32,000 nt of DNA from Promethearchaeota archaeon (GCA_030606485.1 JAUWGH010000001.1:60001-92000), one strand, 5' to 3'; shown: positions 9,913 through 18,881, counted from the stretch's first letter. Translations and numbers: made by a program. The notes: generated by a model not told the origin, from the sequence alone.

Positions 9913-10707
9913 ATGAAAACTGTAGGAATAGATATTGGGAGTTTATCTACAAAAATTCTATTATTGGAAAATAATGAGATTAAAAATTATAAAATCGCAA
10001 GATCCACTCATAATTTTCAAAAAATTGGTCATCAATTATTTGATCAAATAATGTCTGAAGAAAATTTACATAGGAAAGATGTTTTTATAATGAGCACTGG
10101 TTATGGACGGCATACTATTGATATTGCTGATCAAAAAGTTACTGAAATCACTGCTCATGCGAAGGGTGTATTATACTTTTTTCCAGATGCAACCTCTGTT
10201 ATTGATATTGGGGGCCAAGATTCCAAAGCAATCTTAATATCTTCAAAAACTAGGAGCCCTATTGACTTTCAAATGAATGATAAGTGTGCAGCTGGCACAG
10301 GACGCTTCTTAGAAGTTATGGCAAATGCTTTAGAGGTACCTATAGAAAAATTAGGTGATTTAGCATTAAGATCAAAAAAACCGGAATCTATCTCATCAAC
10401 TTGTACAGTATTCGCGGAGTCAGAAGTAATATCATTATTTGCACAAGGTGCTAAAAAAGAAGATATTGCAGCTGGTATCCACAAATCAATAGGTAGACGA
10501 GTGGCTTCAATGGCGAAAAGAATTGGAGTAAAGCCACAATTAATTTTTTGCGGAGGAGTTGCTAAAAACCCGGCAGTGAAGGTCTTCTTAGAAAAAGAAC
10601 TTGAGTTTAAGATTGAAATACCACAGTTTAATAATAATAACAATATGGATGCACCTCAGTTGACTGGAGCTTTGGGAGCCGCTTTAATTGCTCGAGAAAA
10701 AGTGTAA
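9913..10707 (+). CDS. Acyl-CoA dehydratase activase (HgdC/BadG/BcrD ASKHA ATPase with [4Fe-4S])
   Basis: GIDIGS, TGYGR, EITAHA, IDIGGQDSK, NDKCAAGTGRFLE, CTVFAESEV and GALGAA motifs. No dehydratase/reductase partner genes in the window. Confidence 0.92.
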   Translation: MKTVGIDIGSLSTKILLLENNEIKNYKIARSTHNFQKIGHQLFDQIMSEENLHRKDVFIMSTGYGRHTIDIADQKVTEITAHAKGVLYFFPDATSVIDIGGQDSKAILISSKTRSPIDFQMNDKCAAGTGRFLEVMANALEVPIEKLGDLALRSKKPESISSTCTVFAESEVISLFAQGAKKEDIAAGIHKSIGRRVASMAKRIGVKPQLIFCGGVAKNPAVKVFLEKELEFKIEIPQFNNNNNMDAPQLTGALGAALIAREKV

Positions 10708-10722
10708 AGCAGTAAAAATTTT

Positions 10723-11307
10723 TTATTTCTTGCCAAATAAATCGCTTGGCTTCATTAAATGTGGTTCTTCTTCTTCCTCCTTTTTCTTTTTCTTCTTCTT
10801 TTTCATACTATCTGGGACATACCCATAAATCTCACCCTCTTCTGCCTGTCCTGTCCCAGGAGGAGGTTGTAATTTTGGTCCACTTTGTGGGTAACTCATT
10901 CCAGCTGAGATTTGTTCTGCAACTGGTTGGGAAAAATCAATTGATACTTTTGGACCTTCTGCTGTAATAGTTTTTAATTCTCTCATAACATTCTCTAGAT
11001 TCATTGATTGAACGCTTTTATTCATAGTGTCCATTATTTCTTTTAATCTATGTGAGGTTTCACGTAATCCTTTTGGATTAATACCTGTCAATAAAGCATC
11101 TAGGCTTGTTTCAATAGTTTTATTCAAATCCATTAAAGAGTTTTGAACTTGTTTCCAATGTTCATTCATTTGATTTGCAATTGCCTTAATCATTTTAACT
11201 GTTTCATTCATAAAAGCTACATGACTTTCGTATCTTTCTGAATCCTTAGCACGCAAATCAGATATTATCATGATGAGTTTTCGAAGTTGTTCTTTATTTT
11301 CACTCAT
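10723..11307 (-). CDS. Hypothetical protein: helical N-terminal half, Pro-rich and K/E low-complexity tail
   Basis: 194-aa ORF converging tightly on the activase gene. Confidence 0.75.
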   Translation of the reverse strand: MSENKEQLRKLIMIISDLRAKDSERYESHVAFMNETVKMIKAIANQMNEHWKQVQNSLMDLNKTIETSLDALLTGINPKGLRETSHRLKEIMDTMNKSVQSMNLENVMRELKTITAEGPKVSIDFSQPVAEQISAGMSYPQSGPKLQPPPGTGQAEEGEIYGYVPDSMKKKKKKKKEEEEEPHLMKPSDLFGKK

Positions 11308-11342
11308 GATATAATAATTAAGTTACTAATTTTTATATTTAT

Positions 11343-11374
11343 AGCTAATTATTCATGTTTTCTCATAATTAGCT
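11343..11374. promoter_or_regulatory. 10-bp perfect inverted repeat (AGCTAATTAT-N12-ATAATTAGCT) in a divergent promoter region; possible operator
   Basis: Seen directly. It lies between the divergent starts at 11307 and 11564; chance occurrence in AT-rich DNA is not excluded. Confidence 0.25.
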
Positions 11375-11563
11375 TTGATATTTATGTTTTTCCTATGTAT
11401 TAGCATTTAAATTCTTGTAAATTTAAAACTCCTATTTGATTCTTCTTATTAATGCGTTTTCAGATTTTTATAATAAGATAAGATTTTATTTAGCAAAAAC
11501 TTAATAAAATTCATAAAAAGTCATTTACTTTACCAAATAAGTTTAGAAATAAATGAGAAAATT

Positions 11564-13042
11564 ATGACTCTTGAAAAATTTGATTTAATTTATAAAGATA
11601 ATAGGTGTAAGATAAAAGATAAAGAAAAGATTCTTTCTAAATTAAAGGCTATTTTGGGAGAAGAAAATGTTTCAACCAAAGAAATAGATTTAATTGCTTA
11701 TTCTAAAGATTCTACGCTAATAACCTTAATTTGGAGAATCCAGGGAAAATTAGCAGCATTACCCGATTTTATAACATGGCCTGAAAATAATGATCAAATA
11801 GTTCAGACTCTAAAATTAGCAAATGAGGAAAAAATTCCTGTAATCCCTTATGGTGAAGGTTCAGGTGTTGTTGGTGGTGCGATACCAGTATATGGTGGTA
11901 TTATTATTGACATGAAAAAATTCAATAAAGTATTGGAGATTAATGATAAAGATTTAACTGTTACGGTTCAAACAGGTATAAATGGGATGAATTTAGAGAG
12001 ATATCTCAATGCTAAGGGCTATACTTGTGGACATATTCCCCAATCTATCTATATGTCTTCTGTTGGTGGGTGGATTGCCCACAGAGCAGCAGGTCAATTT
12101 TCTACAAAATATGGAAAAATAGAAGATATCGTCTTGGGGTTAGAAGTTATTTTACCACAAGGTGAAATCATTGAACTAAAAACAATAATCAGAGCAGCAA
12201 CCGGACCCCAATTTGATAAATTATTTATTGGAGGAGAAGGCACATTAGGGATAGTTACTAAAGCAACTTTAAAAATATGGCCATCTCCAGAAAAAAGAGA
12301 ATTAATCTCTTTCGCATTTCCAACTATAGAAGATTCATTAGAAGCTATCAGAAATATTTTAAGGAATCAGATTTATCCTGCAGTGATTCGTATATATGAT
12401 GCCTCTGAAACAGTAAGGCATTTCCCCCAAGTTAAAGAAGCGAAAGATAAAGTTATGGCTGTTTTTGTTTGTGAAGGAAATGAAAGACTTGTAAATTTAG
12501 AAGGAATTATTACAAGAGAAAAATGTGAAGATAATAATGGTGTTAATTGTGGAGAAGAACCAGTAGAACACTGGTTTGAAACAAGATTTAGGGTAACAGA
12601 AACATCATTAATTCCTCCATATAAAATTGTAATTGACACTATTGAAGTATCTGTTATGTGGGAACATGCTGCAGAATTATATCATTTAGTTCTTGATTCA
12701 GTTAAGAAAGTTAAAGGTATTCTTTATATAACCGCTCATGCTTCACATTTTTATCCCAATGGGGTTGGTTTTTATTTTTCATTTGCTGGTGTTGCAACTG
12801 GAGGAAAATCTAATTTTGAGTTTTATCAAGAATGTTGGGATGTTATAATGGATGGATGTGTTAAAGCTGGAGGATCTATTGCTCACCATCATGGGATTGG
12901 CATCAATAGAGCACGTTGGATGGAAAAAGAATGGGGGAAAGCTTTAAGATCACTAATAGATATAAAAAATTTACTTGATCCAAATAATATTTTAAATCCG
13001 GGAAAAACTTACTTTCCCCCTGAAAAGGGAGGTGCTAAATAA
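11564..13042 (+). CDS. FAD-binding oxidoreductase, alkyl-dihydroxyacetone-phosphate synthase (AGPS)-like
   Basis: PYGEGSGVVGG, GHIPQS..SSVGGWIA, YGKIEDIV.GLEV, GGEGTLGIVT, SHFYPNG, HHHGIG and DPNNILNPGK. The HHHGxG and HxYxxG motifs fit the AGPS branch rather than GlcD/D-LDH. Confidence 0.85.
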   Translation: MTLEKFDLIYKDNRCKIKDKEKILSKLKAILGEENVSTKEIDLIAYSKDSTLITLIWRIQGKLAALPDFITWPENNDQIVQTLKLANEEKIPVIPYGEGSGVVGGAIPVYGGIIIDMKKFNKVLEINDKDLTVTVQTGINGMNLERYLNAKGYTCGHIPQSIYMSSVGGWIAHRAAGQFSTKYGKIEDIVLGLEVILPQGEIIELKTIIRAATGPQFDKLFIGGEGTLGIVTKATLKIWPSPEKRELISFAFPTIEDSLEAIRNILRNQIYPAVIRIYDASETVRHFPQVKEAKDKVMAVFVCEGNERLVNLEGIITREKCEDNNGVNCGEEPVEHWFETRFRVTETSLIPPYKIVIDTIEVSVMWEHAAELYHLVLDSVKKVKGILYITAHASHFYPNGVGFYFSFAGVATGGKSNFEFYQECWDVIMDGCVKAGGSIAHHHGIGINRARWMEKEWGKALRSLIDIKNLLDPNNILNPGKTYFPPEKGGAK

Positions 13043-13043
13043 A

Positions 13044-14318
13044 ATGAGTATCTTCGAACAATTAAAAAAGTATAAATATATAATTCCTATCATTACCAAT
13101 GCTGATCGTGATGTTAAAAGAATAATTTTAAAGAGTTTTAGGTTAAAAAAAAAATTTTTTTATCCTCAAGGAGAATATAAAGCTGATGTAAAAAATTTGA
13201 TTAATTGTATGTTATGTCTTAAAATGTGCAGATTTGATTGCAATTCTCTCCAAGGTGCAAAAACTGAAAGAGTAGCACCTGCTTATAAATCCCTAATTGG
13301 CTATTATCTTTCAGTCGGCAAAATCGATCCTTCTAAAGAAGAAAATAAAGACTTTATTAATTTAATGTATGAATGCTGTAATTGCGAAAACTGTAAAATT
13401 TGGTGCCCATTCGATTTTTCAGTAGTTTCATTGCTTGAAACTGTTCGAGATGATATTAATGATAAAGGTTTGACTCCAAATTATATAAAAGAACAAATAG
13501 AAAAATTAAATAAAACTCATACTATAGAAGACACAAATATATTCAAGACTTATGAGGAGAAGGTCATTGCAAATGTCGAATCTGATGGAAATGATGATGT
13601 TTTTTATTATATTGGATGCGAAACGATGAAATACCCAGAAGTTGTTAAAGGCAATATTGAAATATTGAAGAAGGCTGGTATTAAATTCTCAACTAACTTA
13701 GATAAAAGATGGTGTTGTGGTGCCCCATTATTTAATACTCGACATTTGGATTTAGCGAAAGAATATGCAAAGCAAAATATTGATTTGATCACGGGTTCAG
13801 GGGCAAAACTAGTTGTGACTGATTGTCCGGGTTGTGCTGATACTTTACTTAATCGATATGAAAAGATTGGTTTTAAATCAAAGGTAAAAGTGATTCATAT
13901 CTTACAATTATTTAAACAATTAATTGAGGAAAATAAACTCATTCTTAAAAATCAAATTCCTGAAGAATTCAAAAATGTAGTCTATCACGATCCATGCTTG
14001 ATGTCAAGAAATTTAAATGTTATTTCCGAACCAAGAGAAGTTTTGAAGAAAATTCCGGGATTAAATCTATTAGAGCCAATTTGTAATGAAAAATATACAC
14101 ATTGCTGTGGGTATAGCGGTACGCTCCATTGGGCAAATAATGATTTAGCGGTAAAAATCTCGCAAAATAGAGTCAATGAATTGATTGAAACAGGTGCAAA
14201 TATAATCGTTACGGCTTGCCCACTTTGTGAATTAGGATTAGAAAAAGGAATTGAAGAAAATAATAAAAAGAAAATTAAAATAATAGACTTAACTGAATTA
14301 ATTGCAAAAGTTATATAA
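13044..14318 (+). CDS. Fe-S oxidoreductase with two ferredoxin-type clusters and two CCG domains (GlpC/HdrD-like)
   Basis: CMLCLKMCRFDC, CCNCENCKIWCP, WCCGAP/DCPGC, YHDPC, HCCG and TACPLC motifs. ATG at 13044 is 1 nt after the upstream stop; the track's GTG at 13032 overlaps the upstream gene. Confidence 0.9.
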   Translation: MSIFEQLKKYKYIIPIITNADRDVKRIILKSFRLKKKFFYPQGEYKADVKNLINCMLCLKMCRFDCNSLQGAKTERVAPAYKSLIGYYLSVGKIDPSKEENKDFINLMYECCNCENCKIWCPFDFSVVSLLETVRDDINDKGLTPNYIKEQIEKLNKTHTIEDTNIFKTYEEKVIANVESDGNDDVFYYIGCETMKYPEVVKGNIEILKKAGIKFSTNLDKRWCCGAPLFNTRHLDLAKEYAKQNIDLITGSGAKLVVTDCPGCADTLLNRYEKIGFKSKVKVIHILQLFKQLIEENKLILKNQIPEEFKNVVYHDPCLMSRNLNVISEPREVLKKIPGLNLLEPICNEKYTHCCGYSGTLHWANNDLAVKISQNRVNELIETGANIIVTACPLCELGLEKGIEENNKKKIKIIDLTELIAKVI

Positions 14319-14350
14319 ATTTCAAAAGAAAATATAAAAATGTGATAAAA

Positions 14351-15892
14351 ATGGATACATATGTTTTATGCCTTGATATTGGGACTACTAACATTAAAGC
14401 TTTCCTTTTTGAGAAAAATGGTGAAATTTTCGCCCAAGCCAAAAGAAAACCTAAATATATTATGGAAGAAAAGGGTCAAATAGAGCAGGATCCAAAAGAA
14501 ATCTGGGAATTAAGCAGACAAGTTATGGAAGAAGTTATAAAATCAAATAATTTAAGTCCCGAGAATATAGCAGCAATTGGTATTACTACTCAAAGAGCTT
14601 CCTTTCTTTTCTGGGATAAAAATACAGGAAAAATTTATTCTAATATTATCACTTGGCAAGATAAACGATGTGCTTCATATACTGAGAAAAAAAATAAAAG
14701 TTTCTATTTTAGATTTTTACGAGGTATAACAAAATTTATCTACTTATTTACACGCGATATAAAATTATTAACATTTTCAACCATAAAATTCACTACTGAT
14801 CATACATCCATGAGAACAGGATATTTTCTTGAAACACATCCGGAGGTTAAAGAATTAATTAGCAATCCCAATACTAACGTAGTATGGGGGACAATTGATA
14901 CTTGGATATTATGGAATTTAACTGAAGGGAGGGTTTTTGCTACTGACTATTCAAATGCTCATACCGGTTTGGTTGATCCATTTAAATTAGAATACAATTC
15001 TATTTATTTAAAAGCAATGGGAATTCCAGAATATATATTACCAGAAATTAGAGATACTAGAGGAGATTTCGGAAAAACAAAAATTTTTGGCGGCGAAATA
15101 CCCATTACATGTTTAATTGGAGATCAAATGGCCAGTTTATTCGGACAGTGCTGTTTTAACAAAGGATCAATGAAAGTTACAAATGGTACGGGCTCATTTG
15201 TAGATCTTAATACAGGACAAAAATGTTATGCTTCAAAAAGAAAATTATACCCACTAATTGCTTGGCATATCAATGAACAAACCACTTATATGACGGAAGG
15301 AATGTCTCATAACGCCGGTAATATCATAGATTGGTTACAGAATGAACTGGGACTATATAATGATCCCTCCGAAACAGAAAAAATGGCATTAAGTGTGGAT
15401 TCAACAGAGGGCGTTTATTTTTTACCAACATTTACAACCGGCATCTCATTTCCATATTGGGATTCAACTGCACGAGGAAATATTTTTGGTGTAGACTTAG
15501 ATACTAAAAAAGAACATATTGTAAGAGCAGTTCTAGAAGGATTTTGTTTTAGAATAAAAGATATCGTTGAAGGGATTATTAAAGACACAAAAATTCAAAT
15601 AGAAAAAATAAAAGCTGATGGGGGAGTATCTCAAAATAAATTTCTTCTTCAGTTTTTAAGCGATATATTAGAAATGGATGTTGAACTTACAGGTAACCCT
15701 GAAACTACTGCATTAGGTGCTGCTTTTATGGCTGGACTAGCAGTTGGATATTGGAAGTCTGAAGAAGAACTCTTGCAGATAAGAAGAGTAGAAAAAACCT
15801 ATAAACCTCAGATGACAGAAGAAGAACGTAATAGGAAATATATGATATGGAAAGATATAGTGGCAAGATCTCTAGACTGTGTTTATTATTAA
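14351..15892 (+). CDS. FGGY carbohydrate kinase, glycerol kinase 5 (GK5)-like
   Basis: LDIGTT, TQR, TWQD, GTIDTW, TDYSNA, GDQ, GTGSF, ADGG and TALGAA motifs, plus an amphipathic insert after WQD. ATG at 14351 follows a GTGA-type RBS. Confidence 0.9.
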   Translation: MDTYVLCLDIGTTNIKAFLFEKNGEIFAQAKRKPKYIMEEKGQIEQDPKEIWELSRQVMEEVIKSNNLSPENIAAIGITTQRASFLFWDKNTGKIYSNIITWQDKRCASYTEKKNKSFYFRFLRGITKFIYLFTRDIKLLTFSTIKFTTDHTSMRTGYFLETHPEVKELISNPNTNVVWGTIDTWILWNLTEGRVFATDYSNAHTGLVDPFKLEYNSIYLKAMGIPEYILPEIRDTRGDFGKTKIFGGEIPITCLIGDQMASLFGQCCFNKGSMKVTNGTGSFVDLNTGQKCYASKRKLYPLIAWHINEQTTYMTEGMSHNAGNIIDWLQNELGLYNDPSETEKMALSVDSTEGVYFLPTFTTGISFPYWDSTARGNIFGVDLDTKKEHIVRAVLEGFCFRIKDIVEGIIKDTKIQIEKIKADGGVSQNKFLLQFLSDILEMDVELTGNPETTALGAAFMAGLAVGYWKSEEELLQIRRVEKTYKPQMTEEERNRKYMIWKDIVARSLDCVYY

Positions 15893-16052
15893 AATTTAAA
15901 ATTTCTAACCTTTTTTTTACAATTACCTGAAAAAATAAATTTTGATTTAAATTATAATTAAATTGAATTCTTATTCTCATATTAAAAATATATAAAACTT
16001 TTTATTCTAAATAATTAAAATTCTATCCTTAAATTTTTTCCTTCTTTTCCAA

Positions 16053-16310
16053 TTAAATTATTCTAAAGTAATGCAGACCGTAATCTGGACCACATACAAT
16101 CAAAAGAATACCTGCAAAGATAAGAAATTTTGCACCATTCTTATTAATAGTTTTTTTACCTAATAAACAAATTATTCCGAAAACGCCCAGTAATAAACCT
16201 AACATGGAGCCAAATGCACGCACAAAATTCAACAGATCTCCAAATGTATTAGGCAATTCATTAAAAAAAACTTCTAATAAATCAGGAAATTGAAAAATTT
16301 GATAATCCAT
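16053..16310 (-). CDS. Small two-TM hairpin membrane protein (pilin-like architecture)
   Basis: Amphipathic FGDLLNFVRAFG, TM1, basic loop KKTINKNGAK, TM2; AGGGTG RBS. Confidence 0.75.
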   Translation of the reverse strand: MDYQIFQFPDLLEVFFNELPNTFGDLLNFVRAFGSMLGLLLGVFGIICLLGKKTINKNGAKFLIFAGILLIVCGPDYGLHYFRII

Positions 16311-16442
16311 TTTGTTTTTTACACCCTTATCTAAATTTTTTCCTATACAAATTCAAATAATTGATTCTATTACGATTGTAAAAGGAATATATTTAAAGGA
16401 AAAAAGAAATCATTGTTTTTTTTCTGAGTTGATTAGGTAAAT

Positions 16443-16724
16443 TCAACGCCACCTATTTCCTAGGAATGGTAATTCTGGAAATGAACCGAATAATTCTGCG
16501 AGATTTATAGACAGACCTCCCGTAATAGTAAGTATCGTTATCCCAATTATTAAGTAAAGTGCATCTTTAAAGATCCAGCCAACTTTTTTACTAAGAATAG
16601 AAATAACTATATACATAACTCCGATTATTGAAAAAATACTGCCAATTATGGTAATCAACACAGAAAAAAATGAGAAATCCGTAATAACAAATAAATTTAT
16701 TCCTTGGAAAATAATCAAATTCAT
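16443..16724 (-). CDS. Small two-TM hairpin membrane protein (pilin-like architecture)
   Basis: TM1, loop SKKVGWIFKD, TM2; GAGGTGA RBS 7 nt before ATG. Confidence 0.75.
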   Translation of the reverse strand: MNLIIFQGINLFVITDFSFFSVLITIIGSIFSIIGVMYIVISILSKKVGWIFKDALYLIIGITILTITGGLSINLAELFGSFPELPFLGNRWR

Positions 16725-16745
16725 ATGATTTTCACCTCTTATTAC

Positions 16746-17087
16746 TTAATGCCAACCCTTCGGTGTGTCTCTTCCAAAAATTACCCAACTAAATAAATTT
16801 TCGATACCAAATGGAGAACCTAAGTATAAGCCAAAAAGCAAACAAATTAGTCCTAAAATAATTTTACCTGCTCTGCCTTTTTTATTTATTAAACCAGCAA
16901 CCAAATAAACACAACCCATTATGAATAAGACTGCTGGAAAAAAAGAAAAAATTGTCTCAAAAATATCTTTTAAAGGATTAACTAGACTGAGCATAATATT
17001 CTCTTGAAAATAAGTTAAAGCCGCAATACAGCCAATTATAATTAATGTTATGGTTGTAAATGATCCTGATTTTTTCAAGTTAGACAA
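16746..17087 (-). CDS. Small membrane protein with signal-like N-terminus and two-TM hairpin (TrbC/VirB2-like architecture)
   Basis: Hydrophobic leader, amphipathic LVNPLKDIFETIFSFF, TM1, loop NKKGRAGK, TM2; GGAGG RBS inside the upstream gene end; TTG start. Confidence 0.75.
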   Translation of the reverse strand: MSNLKKSGSFTTITLIIIGCIAALTYFQENIMLSLVNPLKDIFETIFSFFPAVLFIMGCVYLVAGLINKKGRAGKIILGLICLLFGLYLGSPFGIENLFSWVIFGRDTPKGWH

Positions 17088-17089
17088 TT

Positions 17090-18592
17090 TTACCTCCCCT
17101 TTTTAACCATTATTGCAATTATTACTAAACCTCCAAAAAATATAAACGTCAATATTATATTCAATTCCTCGATTCCGATATTGATTTCATTGTTCCAGAA
17201 TTCCCTATGAATTGTATATATGATATCATCACTTTTTGGTTGAGTTTCTCCAAAAATATTTCGAAACTTCGCATAGATTGAATATTTTTTTCCATCCTCA
17301 GATCCTTCTAAATATAAATTTTTTGTGGTATTATAGGGTTCCCAAGATGTCCAAACCCCATCTGTTCCGTTCCTAAAGCACATCTCTTGTGCTAACTCTG
17401 CTGTTATATCAAGTGTAATAAACATAGAGTATGTATTATCTGAGCCATTATTTATTTTTATTATCGCGTTGAAAGGTTGAGAATATATAATTTGAATACT
17501 ATCATTTACTGAATATAATATCTCACCGGCTTCATTCCGAAATTTTGCATAAATTGAATAAGTTAATCTGTTTCTTGTACCTGCCAAAAATAATTTTTTA
17601 GTTGTATTATAAGGCTCCCAATTACTCCAATTTTTTGCTGTGAAATTACTAAAACACATTTCTTCCGCGTCTTTAGCAAAAATAGATACATTTACTAAAG
17701 ATGTTAAAGTGTATTGAGCACCATCATTTATCTGAATCTGTGGATTTGTGGGTAAATACCCAATATATAAAATACCATCATTAGCTATATTAGATTCTCC
17801 TATCGAATTACTAAATTTCACACAAATTGTATATTCAGAATTGTTTACTGGGTCTATTAGATATATGTTTTTACTTGTTTTATACGGTTCCCAGGAAGTC
17901 CAAGCACCAGTTCCATATTTAAAACACATTTCATCAGCATCATTTGCGGAAAGTGTTAAATTTACTGATTTAGAATTAGTAATCTCTGCATTATTATTTA
18001 TTTTAATCTTGGGATTTGTAGGTGGAGTCTCATATGTCCAAATCAATCGTGGCACTTTATTCGCAGGACCTTCTCTACTACTTCCTATTAGCCAATTTGC
18101 ATTATTTATAGTAGGATCATGAATTAAAATAGAAAACCCATCTTCACCCTGTATAAAATCCGTAACATCAAAAGTGTAGAAGCCATTTTCTGAAATTTCA
18201 TCCTTTAGTATAAAGGTCTCCCCTATAGGTGCATTAAACCAATTAATCGTATCCTCTTCCCAATCTACGTTTACCGTAAAGATTTGAATATCTATAGGAT
18301 CATATTGAATTTTAAAGTAAATCCTTATCTCAACCTTTATAACATTATCTGGTTTATCTGTGAAAGGAAAATGTAGGAATGCGGTGCGCTTTCCCATTAA
18401 AATCGTAAGATCCCACATTACCCAAAAATCTTCCTCAGAACCATAATTGCCTAAAGGTAGAAGGTCTATTACATAAGAATCCTTATCCGCTATTGTCGAA
18501 ACAGTCGCAATTCCAGCACTACCCTGAACAGGATTAATATTATGATCTATTCCGTATAAAAATGAAAACATTCCAATTAAGAGAATAATCAT
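17090..18592 (-). CDS. Cell-surface protein: signal peptide, DNRLRE-like domain, three Ig-like repeats, C-terminal TM anchor
   Basis: ADKDSYV..NYG..TAFLHF..WEEDTINWFNAP..FDVTD..SSRE..PRL pattern, three ~90-aa repeats and a hydrophobic C-terminus ending in KKGR. The true start may be ATT at 18613. Confidence 0.85.
   Translation of the reverse strand: MIILLIGMFSFLYGIDHNINPVQGSAGIATVSTIADKDSYVIDLLPLGNYGSEEDFWVMWDLTILMGKRTAFLHFPFTDKPDNVIKVEIRIYFKIQYDPIDIQIFTVNVDWEEDTINWFNAPIGETFILKDEISENGFYTFDVTDFIQGEDGFSILIHDPTINNANWLIGSSREGPANKVPRLIWTYETPPTNPKIKINNNAEITNSKSVNLTLSANDADEMCFKYGTGAWTSWEPYKTSKNIYLIDPVNNSEYTICVKFSNSIGESNIANDGILYIGYLPTNPQIQINDGAQYTLTSLVNVSIFAKDAEEMCFSNFTAKNWSNWEPYNTTKKLFLAGTRNRLTYSIYAKFRNEAGEILYSVNDSIQIIYSQPFNAIIKINNGSDNTYSMFITLDITAELAQEMCFRNGTDGVWTSWEPYNTTKNLYLEGSEDGKKYSIYAKFRNIFGETQPKSDDIIYTIHREFWNNEINIGIEELNIILTFIFFGGLVIIAIMVKKGR
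17210..18022 (-). repeat. Three tandem ~90-aa intragenic repeats
   Basis: Consensus NPxIxINxG..T....V.L...A.DA.EMCF......W..WEPY.T.K...L......Y.I..KF.N..GE at residues ~191-280, 281-371 and 372-461. Confidence 0.9.
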
Positions 18593-18608
18593 AAAAATTG
18601 ACTTACTC

Positions 18609-18881
18609 CTAATAATTCACCACCTTTATTTCATTAAAAGTATTAAACGGGATTCTAAAACCAGAAAAATTACTAAAAAATTCAAACATTTTATTCAAAT
18701 TAAATAGACAAACTGCAATTAAAAAGGATAAAAGCGAAATTTTAAGATATCTATTAAAACACTCCTCTTTTCTGTGTAATATTAAACGTATTAAAAAAAC
18801 AAATCCAAAAAATTCCAAGATAAATGAAGTAATTATTAAAATTATCAAGAACCAAACGCTTGTAAAACTTAAAATGTCCAT
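18609..18881 (-). CDS. Small membrane protein with two-TM hairpin
   Basis: Hydrophobic N-terminus, TM, loop HRKEECFNRYLK, TM; first gene of the minus-strand run. Confidence 0.65.
   Translation of the reverse strand: MDILSFTSVWFLIILIITSFILEFFGFVFLIRLILHRKEECFNRYLKISLLSFLIAVCLFNLNKMFEFFSNFSGFRIPFNTFNEIKVVNY

Noticed and set aside
10628-10645. (AAT)n run giving a poly-Asn stretch in the activase
   Set aside because: Short in-frame microsatellite in a probable surface loop; unremarkable in AT-rich DNA.
13145-13161. A10/T7 run inside the Fe-S gene as a possible frameshift or phase-variation site
   Set aside because: The reading frame is intact (LKKKFFY) and no alternative-frame product is evident.
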